Assembly: GCF_009914755.1 (NCBI RefSeq)
Contig: NC_060932.1
DNA: 64,000 nt
Source: the human T2T-CHM13v2.0 reference genome, Homo sapiens
Reading direction: 5' to 3' (one strand)
The translations under genes were made by a program, and so were the position numbers. Shown here in pieces: positions 16,909-30,931 of this stretch. The stretch's first letter is position 1. Every line of letters starts with the position of its first letter. Below the pieces are notes generated by a model. That model did no database searches, had not been told where the DNA came from, and saw only the letters and a list, made by a program, of their open reading frames with translations.

Positions 16909-17574
16909 AATGTCAATAGTCATCACCTTTTGGTGGTAGGGTTGGAAAGTAGGCAGATAAAGCAAGGGCAGGAGAAAAATGTTTACTAAATCACAATTCA
17001 TAAATCTTGAGTTTTGAAAGATGTGAATATTTTTATATATGTTTGCATGTAATTGTTACTAATATATGACAAAACACTTTGAAAATTATAAATTTTCATA
17101 AATAATAACTATAAAGGTACATCTCAATGAAAATGCATCACTTAATTAGATAAATGATGCAGGATTTTTCCTGTGTGAATAAATATTACTTATTGCTAGA
17201 ATGTAGCCAAAATAATTATATTACAATCTTATTTTTAATGGTACAGTTTATTTGCTAAGAAACTTCTATACAATACAAGTAGATGGGAAAAGAAAAAATT
17301 TTGTATAGCTATTTCATCATTTTTATTTTTCGTCCTTTCCAAGTTTTATGCCAGAAATCTTATGATGACTATCGTAAAATTAATTTTAACTATCTATCAG
17401 ATGATAACTAAATTACCTCCTCCCTGTACTTTGTTTAAAGCTAATAACTGGATATCATCTAATTCACAAAATGACTTGTTACCTGGTTATTAGAATCACA
17501 TACTTTTCAATTTTATAGAAGCACATAAAAATGTTATAAAAAGTTATCAAAAAACTGTTAATGATACCTGTCAT

Positions 17575-17665
17575 TCTTTTACTTTAATTTTATTTTAAAA
17601 TTAAAATAAAATAAATTTAAATGAAATTTAAAATAAAATAAAAATAAAATTATTGTTAATAACTT
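17575..17665. repeat. AT-rich low-complexity (TAAAA)n tract
   Basis: Direct reading. Confidence 0.8.
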
Positions 17666-18529
17666 TGTCACTACAACATTTTAATTAAATAACTTCAACT
17701 TTTCTCACATTTTAAATAAGATTTTTTTTCCAATCTGGGTGTGGAAATTTTATTTAATTTACTTAAGTGTCTGCCATATGATTTAATCAGAACGGCTGAT
17801 CTTTATTATCAGACTCATTAGCCTAATATGATTACTTTCTACTGGAAAAACATCTAACTTGATATTCCTATTCAGACAAGCATACACATTCTCATCACAA
17901 TGATCTACTTCTGACTTCTAATTCTAAGATAGACAGATAAGGCACAAACCCTGCCAGAGTTTTGTCATCTGGATGAAATGAGTCACATGGCATTGAGCAT
18001 TTCTTACCAAAGCTTTCTTTGTGTTGCATTTACTGTATTCTCATTCAGGAGCAATGCATTCTTTGACAATAGTCAAGGAATGGAACAGGCAAAGCTTTGA
18101 ATCAATAAAAAATCATCCCTCCCCCTGCCTCGCCCTGTGTTTTCTCAATTCAGACCATCCCCATACAGACCAAAGTACATTGTTTCTCCTGTCACTCTGC
18201 ACTCTTTTAATATAAACATATAAGATATAACCCAATAAAAATACAGCACCCAAAAAGAAAAGAAAGAGAAAAATAACACAAAACGGTGTTCTCGTTAAAG
18301 TATGAGTTCAGAGTTCACTCATGTGACCCCTTTTTACTCCTCAGATCTGCTCTGAGCCTCCTTCACTCAGACTTTGGATTCCACGGGACACAATTTGAAA
18401 AACATTGAGCTACACTGACTTTTTATGGACCTTAAAATCAAACTTGCAGCAACATTAACATTTAGAATGAAGTTGAGAACCTCAAAAGAATTTTTTTTTT
18501 TTTTTTTAATTTTCGAAGTGGCAGATTCG

Positions 18530-18765
18530 GCACCAAGAGAGATAGTCAGGCAGCCTAGGTTTGAATTGTAGCTTGGGCATTTATGAGTGATATAGGTAAC
18601 TTGAATAATAAATATATTTAGCAAGTTACTGAACCTCCCTGAATCTCAGTTAAGCCATCTATGATCACCCTGTTTACAGAATTGTTAGAAAAATTAGCAA
18701 TAATAGATGCCAAGTACCTGATGTGTACTATGTAGCTGATACAAAGTGGGGGCTCAGCAAATAAA
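18530..18765 (+). mobile_element. MIR
   Basis: agtcaggcagcctaggtttgaat…agcaagttactgaacctccctgaatctcagtt. Confidence 0.7.
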
Positions 18766-19344
18766 TATGTGGGGTTTAATAAACTCATGAATTTTTAATT
18801 AAGTTAGTTTTAGCAAAGCTCTCTTCTGCATCTCTCTTCAACAAACATACCACACTTTTTAAAGCCTATTTAAATACCCTTATCTTTGGGACAGAGGAGT
18901 GGAAAACACGTAAGTGCAGATTTTTGGATAGTCCAACAAAGAAAATAATCCCAAGGCAGATGACTTGGGCCCAAACAGAAGAGAGTGTTGGATCATTTTT
19001 ACAAACTTCTGATGCTACATCTGATATGTCAGAACACACTGAGTTTGGCGCTACAAGTGAGAAAGAGGTGGATGGTTACCGGGAGACACACTGAAACAAA
19101 AGTGAATTCTGATAATATGGAAAGAGAAAGACTACTATAATGTATAACAAAAGGCCATCATTATATTTCCAAACAGGAAAAAGTTTAAACTATTTTCAAC
19201 ATTTTGCACTTAAGAAATAAAGTGAATCATCTTATAAAATGCTATCATCAAAAGTACTTCATTTTTATAAGTTTTGGCTCTTAAGGTATTCAGTTTCTCC
19301 TCCAGAAAATCCATTTATGGGTTTATACATTTACTGAAAAGTGA

Positions 19345-19625
19345 TAGGTGGCATTGTAGTATAGTGCTGAAAAGCTGATGTCCTGAAAGCACATTGCCTA
19401 ATTTCAAATACAGTCAGTAGCGAGTTTAAGCCCTATCTATATCCATCCTTAAGTATGTGACTTTGGGCAAGTTTCTCTTAACCCTGCAAAGGCTTTTACC
19501 AGTCTGTACAATGGAGTTAATATTGATAAGTAATTTATAGTTTTGCTGTGAGAAATAAGTGAGCTGATATAAGTAAAATGTTTAGTACACTTCCTGGAAC
19601 AGTAAAGATTCAGCAAACATAGGAC
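19345..19625 (+). mobile_element. MIR
   Basis: tgtgactttgggcaagtttctcttaacc…taaaatgtttagtacacttcctggaacagtaa. Confidence 0.7.
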
Positions 19626-20746
19626 ATTATTAGTATGACCACTACTACTGCTGTTACTGTACTTCAGTGATAGTGGCAGTAATTCTAGTACTAGTACTAC
19701 ATGTAAGTATTTCAATTTCAGTCGTTTTAGAAGTTTTACTACTGGTTTCTCAACTATAATACAATTTTCTTTGTAATAGCGTCCATTTATCACTTTTTTA
19801 AAAAATCTGTCAAATTCCTAGCAGAGTTCTGAACTTTTAGTAAGTGTCTCGTAACATTTCTTGACTGATTGATATATGTACATTATAGTTCGGTAAATGT
19901 GAATTCATTTACATTTTAACTCAACACTTTAAGAAAACACTCAGCTTCACACGTGATATCTCCATTTACTCAACTCTATGTTGCAAACAGCTAATTAGGG
20001 ATGACATGGCACTGTTTGAGTGTTGGCAGACTATAATCTGTGGATTTTAATACAACTAACTGCCTAATTCATCTATGCTGGTCCACATGCCAAGAAAATA
20101 TACGCAAATTAAAGGATTTTTTTGGTCAAAGAAAATCAGAAGAATGGACTTGCCAAAATTTTAACTTGAATGGTTTTGATGCTTTTATTTATAGTGAGCT
20201 TTATTTATATCATAAATACTAAGAAATAGTATTTTCCACCAGGGATATTCACAGGTATAGCATTAGCCAAGTAAACGTGTCATTAGTTGTTGTAATGTGC
20301 TCAACCTTTTTCAAAGTATTATGAAACATTTCTGTTAAAAAATTTGAATTCTGATGTCTAAGCAAATACCATTCTCAATACACAAATTGTCAACTGAAAG
20401 CACCCTCTGTAAAGAGATTCAGAAGTAATCAATATACGGTTTCTAAATTAAATTTTTGTTCCTGTCATTATCACTCAGTACAATCAAAATTAGGGAGTAT
20501 CTACTATATTCTCGAATTTTAACAAAATGGGACAATATGAAATAACATATCTATTCATAGATGTATACATTGCTATATAGCTTACATAAAAGCATGGGAA
20601 AACATTTGGTGTGTGTGCGCACAGACCAGATATAAGTACCATAGTTAAATCCACGTAAATTTTCTCTTAAAATCTATATTCAAGTGCACCAATACTATAG
20701 TTAAAATTACATAAATGGAATAGATACCATCAATGTTAGGTCATTA

Positions 20747-22148
20747 TGTGTCCAGAATTGGTGGGTTCTTGGTCTCACTGACTTCAAGAATGAAGCTGCA
20801 GACCCTTGCGGTGAGTGTTACAGTTCTTAAAGGTGGTGTATCCAGAGTTTGTTCCCACTTCTGATGTTCAGACGTGTTTGGAGTTTCTTCCTTCTGATGG
20901 ATTCGTGGTCTCACTGGCTTCAGGAGTGAAGCTGCAGACCTTCACAGTGAATGTTACAACTGTTAAGGGGGCACGTCCAGAGTTGTTCATCCCTCCCGCT
21001 GAGTTCGTGGTCTTGCTGGCCTCAGGAGTGAAGCTGCAGACCTTCCTGGGGAGTGTTACAGCTCATAAAGTAAGTGTGGATCCAAACAGTGAGCAGCAAC
21101 AAGACTTACCGCAAACAGCAAAAGAACAAAACTTCCACAGCTGTAAGGGGACCGAGGTGGGTTACCACTGCTGGCTTGGGTAGCCTGCTTTTATTCTTAT
21201 CTGACCCCACCCACATCCTGCTGATTGGTCCATTTTACAGAGAGCTGATTGGTCCATTTTACAGAGAACTGATTGGTCCGTTTTGACAGGGTGCTGATTG
21301 GTGTGTTTACAATCCCTGAGCTAGACATAGAGTGCTGATTGGTGCATTTACAATCCTCTAGCTAGACATAAACGTTCTCCAAGTCCCCACTAGATTAGCT
21401 AGACACAGCACTGATTGGTGCATTTACAAACCTTGAGCTAGACAGAGTGCTGATTGGTGCATCCACAATCCTCCAGCTAGACACAAAAGTTCTCGAAGAC
21501 CCCACCTGACTCAGGAGCCCAGCTGGCTCCGCCTAGTGGATCCCACACAGGGGCCACGGGAGGAGCTGCCTGTCAGTCCTGCACCACGTGCCTGCACACC
21601 TCAGCCCTTGGGTGGTGGATGGGATCAGGCGCTCCAGAGCAGGGGGTGGCTCCCGTAAGGGAGACTCCAGCCAAGCGGGAGTCCACGGGAGGGGTGGGGG
21701 AGAACTCAAGCATGACAGGCTCAGGTCCCAAGCCCTGCCTCGCAGGGAGGTGGCTGATGCCCAGTGAGAATTCGAGCATGGCACCCGTGGGCTGGCAGTG
21801 TTGGGGGACTGGGCGCCCCCTCTGCAGCTGCTGGCCCGGGTGCGAAGCCCCTCACTGCCCAGGGCCTGTGGCGCCAGCCGGCCACTTGGAGTGTGGGGAC
21901 CGCCAAGCCCATGCCCACCCTTGCGCTGGCCCGTGAGTGCCACGCGCAGCCCAGGTTCCTGCCCGTGCCTCTTCCTCCACATCTCCCTGCAAGCAGAGGG
22001 AGTCGGCTCCGGCCTTGGCCAGCCCAGAGAGGGGCTCCTACAGTGCAGCGGTGGGCTGAAGGGCTCCTCAAGCACGGCCAGAGTGGACCCTGTGGCCTGA
22101 GGAGGTGCCGAGAGAGAGCGAGGGCTGCTAGCACGTTGTCACCTCTCA
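20747..22148 (-). mobile_element. LTR12 (ERV9; LTR12D/E-like) solo LTR
   Basis: Ends tgtgtccagaattggtggg…gcacgttgtcacctctca; 7 copies of ctgattgg (CCAAT on -); GC-rich U3; 4-bp TSD atta at 20743-20746 and 22149-22152. Confidence 0.93.
21180..21470 (-). promoter_or_regulatory. LTR12 CCAAT (NF-Y) repeat array and promoter region
   Basis: Seven CCAATCAG copies on -, followed by GATAAGAATAAAAGCAGG; known LTR12 promoter architecture. Activity not shown. Confidence 0.6.
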
Positions 22149-22519
22149 ATTAGATAGATAGGTTGAGAGGGAGAGAGAGAATAGTTAATAGATTGATGGA
22201 GATACAGAGCCAGACTTCAATAGGTAATTTAATTATTATTCATAACAGTCCACTTCCTCATGTCCTCTCTTCACCCTCCTCAAGTTCCTTAATTTTTTTT
22301 TATCCTTCTGAATACACTGTGAAGCAATAAATAATCAGGCATATAAATACAGGTTTTGATTGTGTTAATTTTATTATAAACAAAATAGCCCTGGAAAAAC
22401 TAGCTTAGATTTTTTTAAAAGGGAAAGTGAAAAGAGTAGAAAGGAAATTAATAAAGAAATCAGAAAGATGCAAAAAGAACTAGCACCTGCTTTTCATAAG
22501 CTAAAATGAATTATTTGAT

Positions 22520-22855
22520 ACAGTGGTAGACATTTATTGCCACTCCAATATGTATTCCACTCTACTTGATCTGTTTAGGTCAATAAATGTATTTAAAGAA
22601 AAAAAATCTACTTAAATTTTACAATCATCTTTGCAGCTAGGCTAGGAAAAGCCAAGTCCTGATCAATTAGATGTCAGTGAGAGGGGAGAGGTAAGCAGAC
22701 AGGAGCTCCCAGGAAGGAGAAAAGGCAAAGAAAGAAGAGACTCAACTGATGTATCGCTTTTCCCTGTTGACCGTATTGCTCCTCCTGCCTAGAATGAAGC
22801 TGAAGGCATAGCAGCCATCATGTCCCCACAGCATGATGAGTATAAAGATGGATGC
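22520..22855 (+). mobile_element. Old MLT1 (J/K-like) LTR fragment
   Basis: catctttgcagctagg…ctcctcctgcctagaatg…gcagccatc; breaks off at the inverted repeat. Confidence 0.5.
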
Positions 22856-22990
22856 TGCATGGTTAGACTGGCTAATGCCTATTAAAATGCATATACTTTA
22901 GAAGGATATTTGTGAAGAAAACAGAGCCTTCTATATATATAAAAATATATATAATTAATAGACATTAGCCAGTCTAATCATTCAGCATCC
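22850..22990. repeat. Long inverted repeat (36-bp arms, 33/36 complementary, extendable inward)
   Basis: ggatgctgcatggttagactggctaatgcctattaa (22850-22885) versus ttaatagacattagccagtctaatcattcagcatcc (22955-22990). Confidence 0.92.
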
Positions 22991-23194
22991 CACTAAACAA
23001 GTTACTTGGATACCATGTGCTCCTTCCCTCCCAAAAAGATGTAAATTCAGGGAGCCTTCTGTGGGTGGGAGACTAAAAACAAATACATTTTAGGCTGCCA
23101 AAGGCCTGCATGAAACAATATGATCAGATTACAAGAGTCAGGAAGAATCACCTAGAAATGACTTGTCCTCTCTGAAAATGCTAAACTTAATTTT

Positions 23195-23560
23195 ATAAGT
23201 CATAGTACGCTGGCAGAAAACATAATCCACTTTGGCTTGTTTAAGTAGAAATGGCTTTATTACAGCATATTAAGTGGCTTATAGAATTGTTGAGGAGGGT
23301 GAAGAAACAAAATTTAATTTGAACTTTCAGAATGACTTTAAGACTATATCACAAATTTGAGCCACTGATATTGAGTTCCAATCCAAAATATGCACTGGGG
23401 ATGGAAATCCAGTGACATAAATATTTAAGGTGCATTCACCATCAAGACTGTGCAAGTCCCACCGGGTAAGCTCCCCCTTAAATTTAGTAGCCTAGGTTCC
23501 TCATGTGCTTCAACCTGGTTCCAATCCTAACGTCTATGAAACTAACATAATGAGAGGGAC
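23195..23560 (-). mobile_element. Ancient MLT1 (L/M-like) fragment
   Basis: ccactttggcttgtttaagtagaaatggctttatt…gcttatagaattg. Confidence 0.4.
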
Positions 23561-23985
23561 TGGATTTAGAGCAGACATCAATAGTAGAACTAGAAAATAA
23601 AATTAAAAATGGCTAAAACAGTCTCAATGTTGTGTTTGGGGTGAGGGATGGGAGACATCCTTCTAAGTGTTCAATATTTTTTGTTATTGCTCAAAATGTG
23701 TGTGTTTTTTTTAAAGTAAGTGTTGTGTATTTTGAGGTTTACAACATGATATTACGGGAGATATATGGATAATAAATTGTTACTAGAATGAAGCAAATTA
23801 ACATATCTATTATCTCACATGGTTACTTTGTGTGTGACAAAAGCAGCAAAAATCTACTTATTCAACAAAAATCTCTTATACAATATAATTTTATTAACTA
23901 TAGTCCTTATGTTATATTATAGCATTATTCCTAATATCCAAGATAGGGAAACAACCTAAGTGTCTGTCAACAGAAAAATAGCTAA

Positions 23986-24572
<587 letters not shown>

Positions 24573-24849
24573 TTATAAGTGAAATAAGTCAGATACAGAA
24601 AAAAAAATTACTGCATCTCACTTATATGTGGAATCTAAAAAAAAAGGAAAAGGTCAAATATACAGAGATAGAGAATTAAAAAATGGTTACCAGGAGTGAG
24701 GGTGGGAGGAGAAAATGGAGAAGTAGTTCAAAGGACATAAAGTAGCAGATGTGTAGGATGAGTAAGACTGCAGATCTAATGTTCAATGTTATTTTTAAGG
24801 GAAAAGTTTTGACCACTTTAATCAGTGCCACCGAAGTAACTCAGGCTGT

Positions 24850-25630
24850 GTGTAGCAAAAGCTCCTGATGACCTGCATCACACCTTCTCAGTCTACAATG
24901 CCAAGCCGCTGCTGTTGTGCATAATTCCATGTGATCTCAGACTCACCTGGAACCCGAGGCTTCTCACCTCAAATATGTGCTGTGCACTTCTTGCCCTGGG
25001 GCATTCTCAAAAGCCACAGCAGCCAACAAAGGCAGCCTTAAGTGCAGAGTGCTAACCACCCCAGGCGCATTCCTCTACTAAGCAAGAAAAGGAGCTGGTG
25101 GATAAATGTTCCAGCCAGAACTTCTCAAACTATTTGTATGAAAAACCAGCTTCCTTTCTCCTTATCTTCCGTCCTTCTTTCCTTCCTTCCTTCCAAGTTT
25201 TTAACCCATATGGAACCAATACTATCACTTTTGTAAAATCACACACTTAAATGATGCAGCAATGTCAGATTGCTGTAAGAGATTCTAAAAGCCGACTCTG
25301 ACTTTCTGAACTTGGTCTTGTGACTGGTGACAAACGTTCTGGGAACAGACACTGGTCCACAGAGTACGCTCTAAGAAGCACTGCTTTCACCTTTGTCCTT
25401 CAGGACAGCAATTCAGGAAGGCATTCTTTACACTTCTCAGGAGATTCTGGCCAAAAGAAACGTTGTTTCCCACATTAATATACATTCTTATTTTGACTTT
25501 TCCTCCTTCCACGCCTCACTCTCCCAGCTTGTTCACTCCTGCTTCCTGTATCCCCTCCCTCAAATAAGCAACCTGCAACAATAAAGTTCTTGCCTCAGGC
25601 TCTGCGTCCTGGGAACCCAAACAGAAACAC
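24850..25630 (+). mobile_element. LTR16/LTR33-like ERVL LTR interrupted by a hAT element
   Basis: 3' end …aaataagcaacctgca…cttgcctcaggctctgcgtcctgggaacccaaacagaaaca. Confidence 0.55.
25116..25383. mobile_element. hAT-Charlie non-autonomous element (Charlie4/MER119-like)
   Basis: Termini cagaacttctcaaact…ctctaagaagcactg; internal gactggtgacaaacgttc…actggtccacaga. Confidence 0.6.
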
Positions 25631-26149
25631 CAGGATGGCTACAGTTCCGGGATCAGAAGACCGATATGCGGGAAGCTGTGAAATAGAGATAGTGCATCCA
25701 TGTAAAAAGAGGAACAAAAACTACAAACAGACCATTCTCAAAAGTAACAGGGGAAAGGCTGCTCATCACGTTCCTCACTTCTAAAATGAAGGAAACAAAT
25801 TATTGACCTTTCCTGGGACTTCTGCACTCTCTTGAGAGTTAGATCAAGATATGAGTCATTTTCATCTGTTATTTCCTATTATTCTCTATTTGTATGTGAA
25901 ACGGTATGGATAAAAATCTGGTTAGACATATTTACCACAAGAACATGAAAAATCTTATTAAAACCTATAGATCTTGTCATTAATTTATGTTTCTAAACCT
26001 CTCTTTGCCTAAATTCTCTCATCTATGACAATGCGTTTGATTTCAGAATAAACGATATACATCTTACTACAACTAAAATAGAATTCAAGTAAAGCATTTG
26101 GTAAGTTACGTAGCACAAATTAGGTATTATTAAATAATTATCATTTTCT

Positions 26150-26545
26150 CTCTCATGACCCTCTTTTTCCACTCATTATGTTCCCGCCACATTGGTTTTC
26201 TCCCTGTTTCTCAGCCCCCAAGGTCTTTCCTGGTCCTGTACATGCCTAGAATCTTCTGTACCTTCTAACATCTCACACTCCCCATTAGTGCTAAGTTAAC
26301 TTATGCTCATCCTTATGTAAGCATACTCATGACTTCTTCAAGGAAGTATTTTTGACACCTTAATCTAAGTCTACCATTAGAGACTTATTCTTCCTTATAC
26401 TTTTTCTATAACACGCAATTGCAATTCAGAAACTATTTTATTATGTTTTTCTGATTGTCATTCTGTTCCCCATCGTTTTATTGAAGGACCTTGTTCAGTA
26501 CTTCTTTCTGCCTCATATAATGGCATATAATTTGTACCCACACAT
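26150..26545 (+). mobile_element. L2 fragment (preceded by a MIR remnant ~25900-26140)
   Basis: cactcattatgttcccgccacattgg…cttcttcaaggaagt…. Confidence 0.5.
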
Positions 26546-26619
26546 TTGTGCTGTGTAGACAGATATTAACATTGGGCTCTTCCTGTCTCCATTTTATTTA
26601 AGGCTACATAATGCCTAGA

Positions 26620-27560
26620 TCAAAATTACATTGAAAGTAAGCCCACCTATAAATGTGATTTGCTGGATTAACTAAACAGAACTTGCAAAGTTAGTGTTCT
26701 AAGAGAAATTTGTGATTCTTGACTAACAGCCAAATGAATAATCTAAATGGAATATTGGAAGAGAATAGGATGTGGGAAAGAGTTCCTCCTTCTCAGCTTA
26801 AGCCTATAAGAAGAGCTTCAAGAACACCCCTGAAATGATTGGTAGGTGTTCCATAAAGTTTGAGGCACACAAGACTGTGGTCTGAAACACACCAGGGAAA
26901 TCAAACTGCAAGAAGCTGGCTACCAGACTGGGCTGTGTTGGGAGTGTGAATAAATGACTATTTCTTGCAGGACAGAGGGAGAACTGCAAGTTGAGATCCA
27001 GGACGTAATCATGTTTACATTCTTTGCAAAAGGACTTCCTAGAGTGATGATGTGACTCTAACAAAAAGGGGAGACCCCTGATACGCAGGTCATAGCGCCT
27101 AACTAGAGGAGAGAAATAATCCACATCACAAGAGGTTTGGGTAAATGTTCCAGTGGGAAACGTCTGAGGAGGCAATTAGAGTGTTTTATAAGCGAATATT
27201 CCAATGAGATTTTTCCTCTCTCTGGCATCTCCTTCCTACCCTTGCCTAACCTCTAATCCTAGAAGAAACAAGTAGTCTAGTGGTGAGAGGGTGGGAGAGG
27301 AAAGAGGAGAAGCTAAAACGGGAAACCTCTCTTTCCAAAACACTGCAGGTTCCAGCCTGAGGCCGATCCTAGCTGAGGAAACATTAATTTCCTATTAAGT
27401 TCAGATTTCTAATTTTATATTGGAGTGAAAACAATAGTTACAAAATGTCAAGAGGATTTTTTAATTATGTGCAAGTGACTAGAAATGTCACAAATGTATC
27501 TCAAAATTTTATTCAGGATATGAGAAAGAAGAAGTCCAATAGAATGAGTTTTAACAGTTG
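26620..27560 (+). mobile_element. Ancient Gypsy-like LTR (MamGypLTR/LTR85-88 class), tentative
   Basis: Purine-rich LTR-like text ending …gtgactagaaatgtcac…gaagtccaatagaatgagttttaaca; recalled resemblance only. Confidence 0.35.
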
Positions 27561-28409
27561 TAATGGGGTGAAGCTGGAGAGACATTCTTTTCTTTGGAGT
27601 TTCTATAAAGTTTATTCATGTATTGCCTCCAGCATCCAAGGAAATTTCTGCCAAGATACTAGCTGAACACACGCTAAAGGAACTGACAGTTAAATGACCA
27701 TACGTGAGTGAAGTAATCTTTTAACATAATGGTTACCTTTGAATAAATGATAGACTGAGCATAAATAGTCCTGTTATCACATGTACATTTTAACAATTTA
27801 TTGATGAATAAAGGTACTGCATGGAATTTCAAACGGCAATCAGCTTTTCCTTTGTGCTTTAAAATCATGTAGAAAAGTTAAGTAAATTGATTATTTTGTG
27901 TGTGTTATAAAAGATAATAGACTGCTATATTTATGCCACTAATGACACTGAAAATTTGCGAGGCACTAAAATGTATGCTTATAAGCTGAATTAATAACTT
28001 GACTAACTTTTGTCTAGTTTATTATCCATGGCATACCACATAGATCTAGAAAAATATTGTAAGCTTCATTAAAGTTTTAAACAATTATGAAATAGCAATA
28101 CCCACCACATAAATATTTTACGCAACATCTTTAATCACTTCTTTATAATTTATGGAACAGATTGTAAAATCATTACAGATGTGTATTAATAATTAATATG
28201 TAATATTATCTCATAAATATATATTATAGATGCATTAAAATGCTTTGCTTGTAAGGTGAATAATAAAGTTTCTTTTATGACTGCTTCATACATTATAGTT
28301 TTGTTGTAAACTTGTGTTTCACACTTAGCTTTCCAGGCCAGATGATTGCTATCTCACATTAATTTAAAACTGTGATAACTACCCTTTGGATTATACAGAT
28401 AATTTCTCT

Positions 28410-28720
28410 GCAGTATTACTTGTTAGCACTATTTACAAATATTCAAGTTTTCCTTCCAGATACTTGGCAAGATTTCACTTTCCTGCTTCCTTTGAGGATA
28501 AGCATGGTCCTGTGACTTTCTTTGCCCAAGAAAGTGGAATCAGTGTTATCACTTCCAAGTGGAAGTTTTAGAGTCCTGTGAGCTTAGAAGCAAATGTCAA
28601 GATGTAACGCCTGTCAACCCGGAACTGGGAACTTAGAATTCACGCCCATCCATTTGAGTGAAAAATAAATGCTCTTCTACTTAGAGCAATTTTGACATTG
28701 TTTATTGCTGCAGCATAAGC
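28410..28720 (+). mobile_element. Old MLT1 (I/J-like) fragment
   Basis: gcaagatttcacttttcctgcttcctttgag…catggtcctgtgactttctttgccca…ttattgctgcagcataagctag. Confidence 0.5.
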
Positions 28721-28725
28721 TAGAT

Positions 28726-29420
28726 TAGGAGGCGGCAAACATTTTCTGTAAATGGCCAGATAATAAGTATTTTAATCTTTGCAGGCTATAACGTCTCTAT
28801 TGCAATTGTGTTCAGAGTTTGTTCCTTCCGGTGGGTTCGTGGTCTTGCAGACTTCAAGAATGAAGCCGCAGACCCTCCCAGTGAGTGTTAACAGTTCTTA
28901 AAGGTGGTGCGGACCCAAAGAGTGAGCAGCAGCAAGATTTATTGTGAAGACAGAAAGAACAAAGCTTTCATAGCATGGAAGGGGAACCAAGCAGGTTGCC
29001 CCTGCTGGCTGGGGTAGCCAGCTTTTATTTTCTTATTTGTCCCAGCCCATGTCCTGCTGATTGGTCCATTTTACAGGGTGCTGATTGGTCCATTTTACAG
29101 AGCAGTGATTGGTTCATTTTACAAACCTCTAGCTAGCTACAGAGGGCTGATTGGTGCATTTTCACAGAGCACTGACTGGTGCATTTTACAAACCTCTTGT
29201 AAAACAGAAAAGTTCTCCAAGTCCCCACTGGACCCAGGAAGTCCAGCTGGCTTCATCTCTCACAGTTACTCAGTGCTGCCACTGTAAAGTGAATGCAGCT
29301 CTAGCAGGAAAAAAGTAAAGGAATAGGCATTACTGTGTTCCAATAAAACTTTATTTACAAAAACAATTGAAGTTAGTGAATCAGAATTTGTCTATGGAGC
29401 CCTAGTTTGCCAATCCCTTG
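28726..29420. mobile_element. MER58A (hAT-Charlie) split by LTR12
   Basis: ggcaaacattttctgtaaatggccagata…| LTR |…tgtgttccaataaaactttatttacaaaaaca…tagtttgccaatccct. Confidence 0.85.
28807..29262 (-). mobile_element. Short LTR12 (LTR12F-like) solo LTR
   Basis: tgtgttcagagtttgttccttccgg…gtccagctggcttcatctctca; 4 CCAAT copies; flanks caat/cagt. Confidence 0.88.
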
Positions 29421-30291
29421 TCTAGTTTATTTGGACATAGTCACACGATGGAGTGATGGAAAGTTCATGAAGATAAACATCAAATCATGTATTTTAATTG
29501 ATTATCCTGATGTTTTATATTTTAGAATTTAAACTGATACTTCAAAGAAATTTTAAAGTTCTTTGTGGTTTTCATTTTCCATGTATTTTCTAAACAGTAT
29601 TTATATTTAAATGAGATAAAATATAAACATGTTTTTATATCCTTGAATTGAAATATTCAAATATTTCTCCTTTTGCTTCATCTAAATATAAATATCTTGA
29701 CAAGGTTTGGGCAACATTGCTTCATATTTCCACTATTCAATTATAGGAAAATAAACTATTGCAATATGTCAGTCTTTAAGTATGGTTGGATGAAGACACA
29801 AATACAAACTTGTTTGAATTATCAAAAAACAAAAAAATTTCTCCACCCAAAAAGAAGTGTCTCCATTCTAAAACTCAGTGGTGTTACATAGGTGAGAATA
29901 TGGCTAGAAATATCAAGGGTGGGTTTATTTCATTTATTTAAACACATAGCTTAAAAACTAAGCTGAGTCCTGCAAAAAAAGCAACATTTTTCTCTACATG
30001 CAGGTTTCTTTACACATAAATTGCCAAATTTAAAGTTGGAGATCTATGCAGTGTTGGGATTCCTTTGGACCTGTGCTATAGTGTATATTAACATTTTAAC
30101 ACATAATACTACATCTGCATATATTCACACTTAAACATGTTCTTCACACACAAACACAAGTATATATAGTAAAATGGCTAGAGAGGAGAATATTTGAGAC
30201 AGCATAATTTCTATCCAAGGGAACTATAATCTCTAAGTGATTTTACTCAAAAAATAACATCTAAATTCTTATTCTTTGTAACTTACAATGA

Positions 30292-30931
<640 letters not shown>

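Noticed and set aside
17585-17612. AT-only 12-bp-arm palindrome
   Set aside because: Explained by low-complexity (TAAAA)n composition.
17930-17990. GATA and AP-1 motifs (also TGACTCA at 38838-38844 and GATA cluster ~48570-48730)
   Set aside because: Short motifs are expected by chance; enhancers cannot be called without chromatin data.
21220-21470. Regularly spaced repeats resembling a CRISPR array
   Set aside because: These are LTR12 CCAAT repeats with related spacers in primate DNA; no cas genes.
21533-22153. Overlapping 100-180 aa ORFs
   Set aside because: By-product of the GC-rich LTR12 U3 region; no protein-like features.
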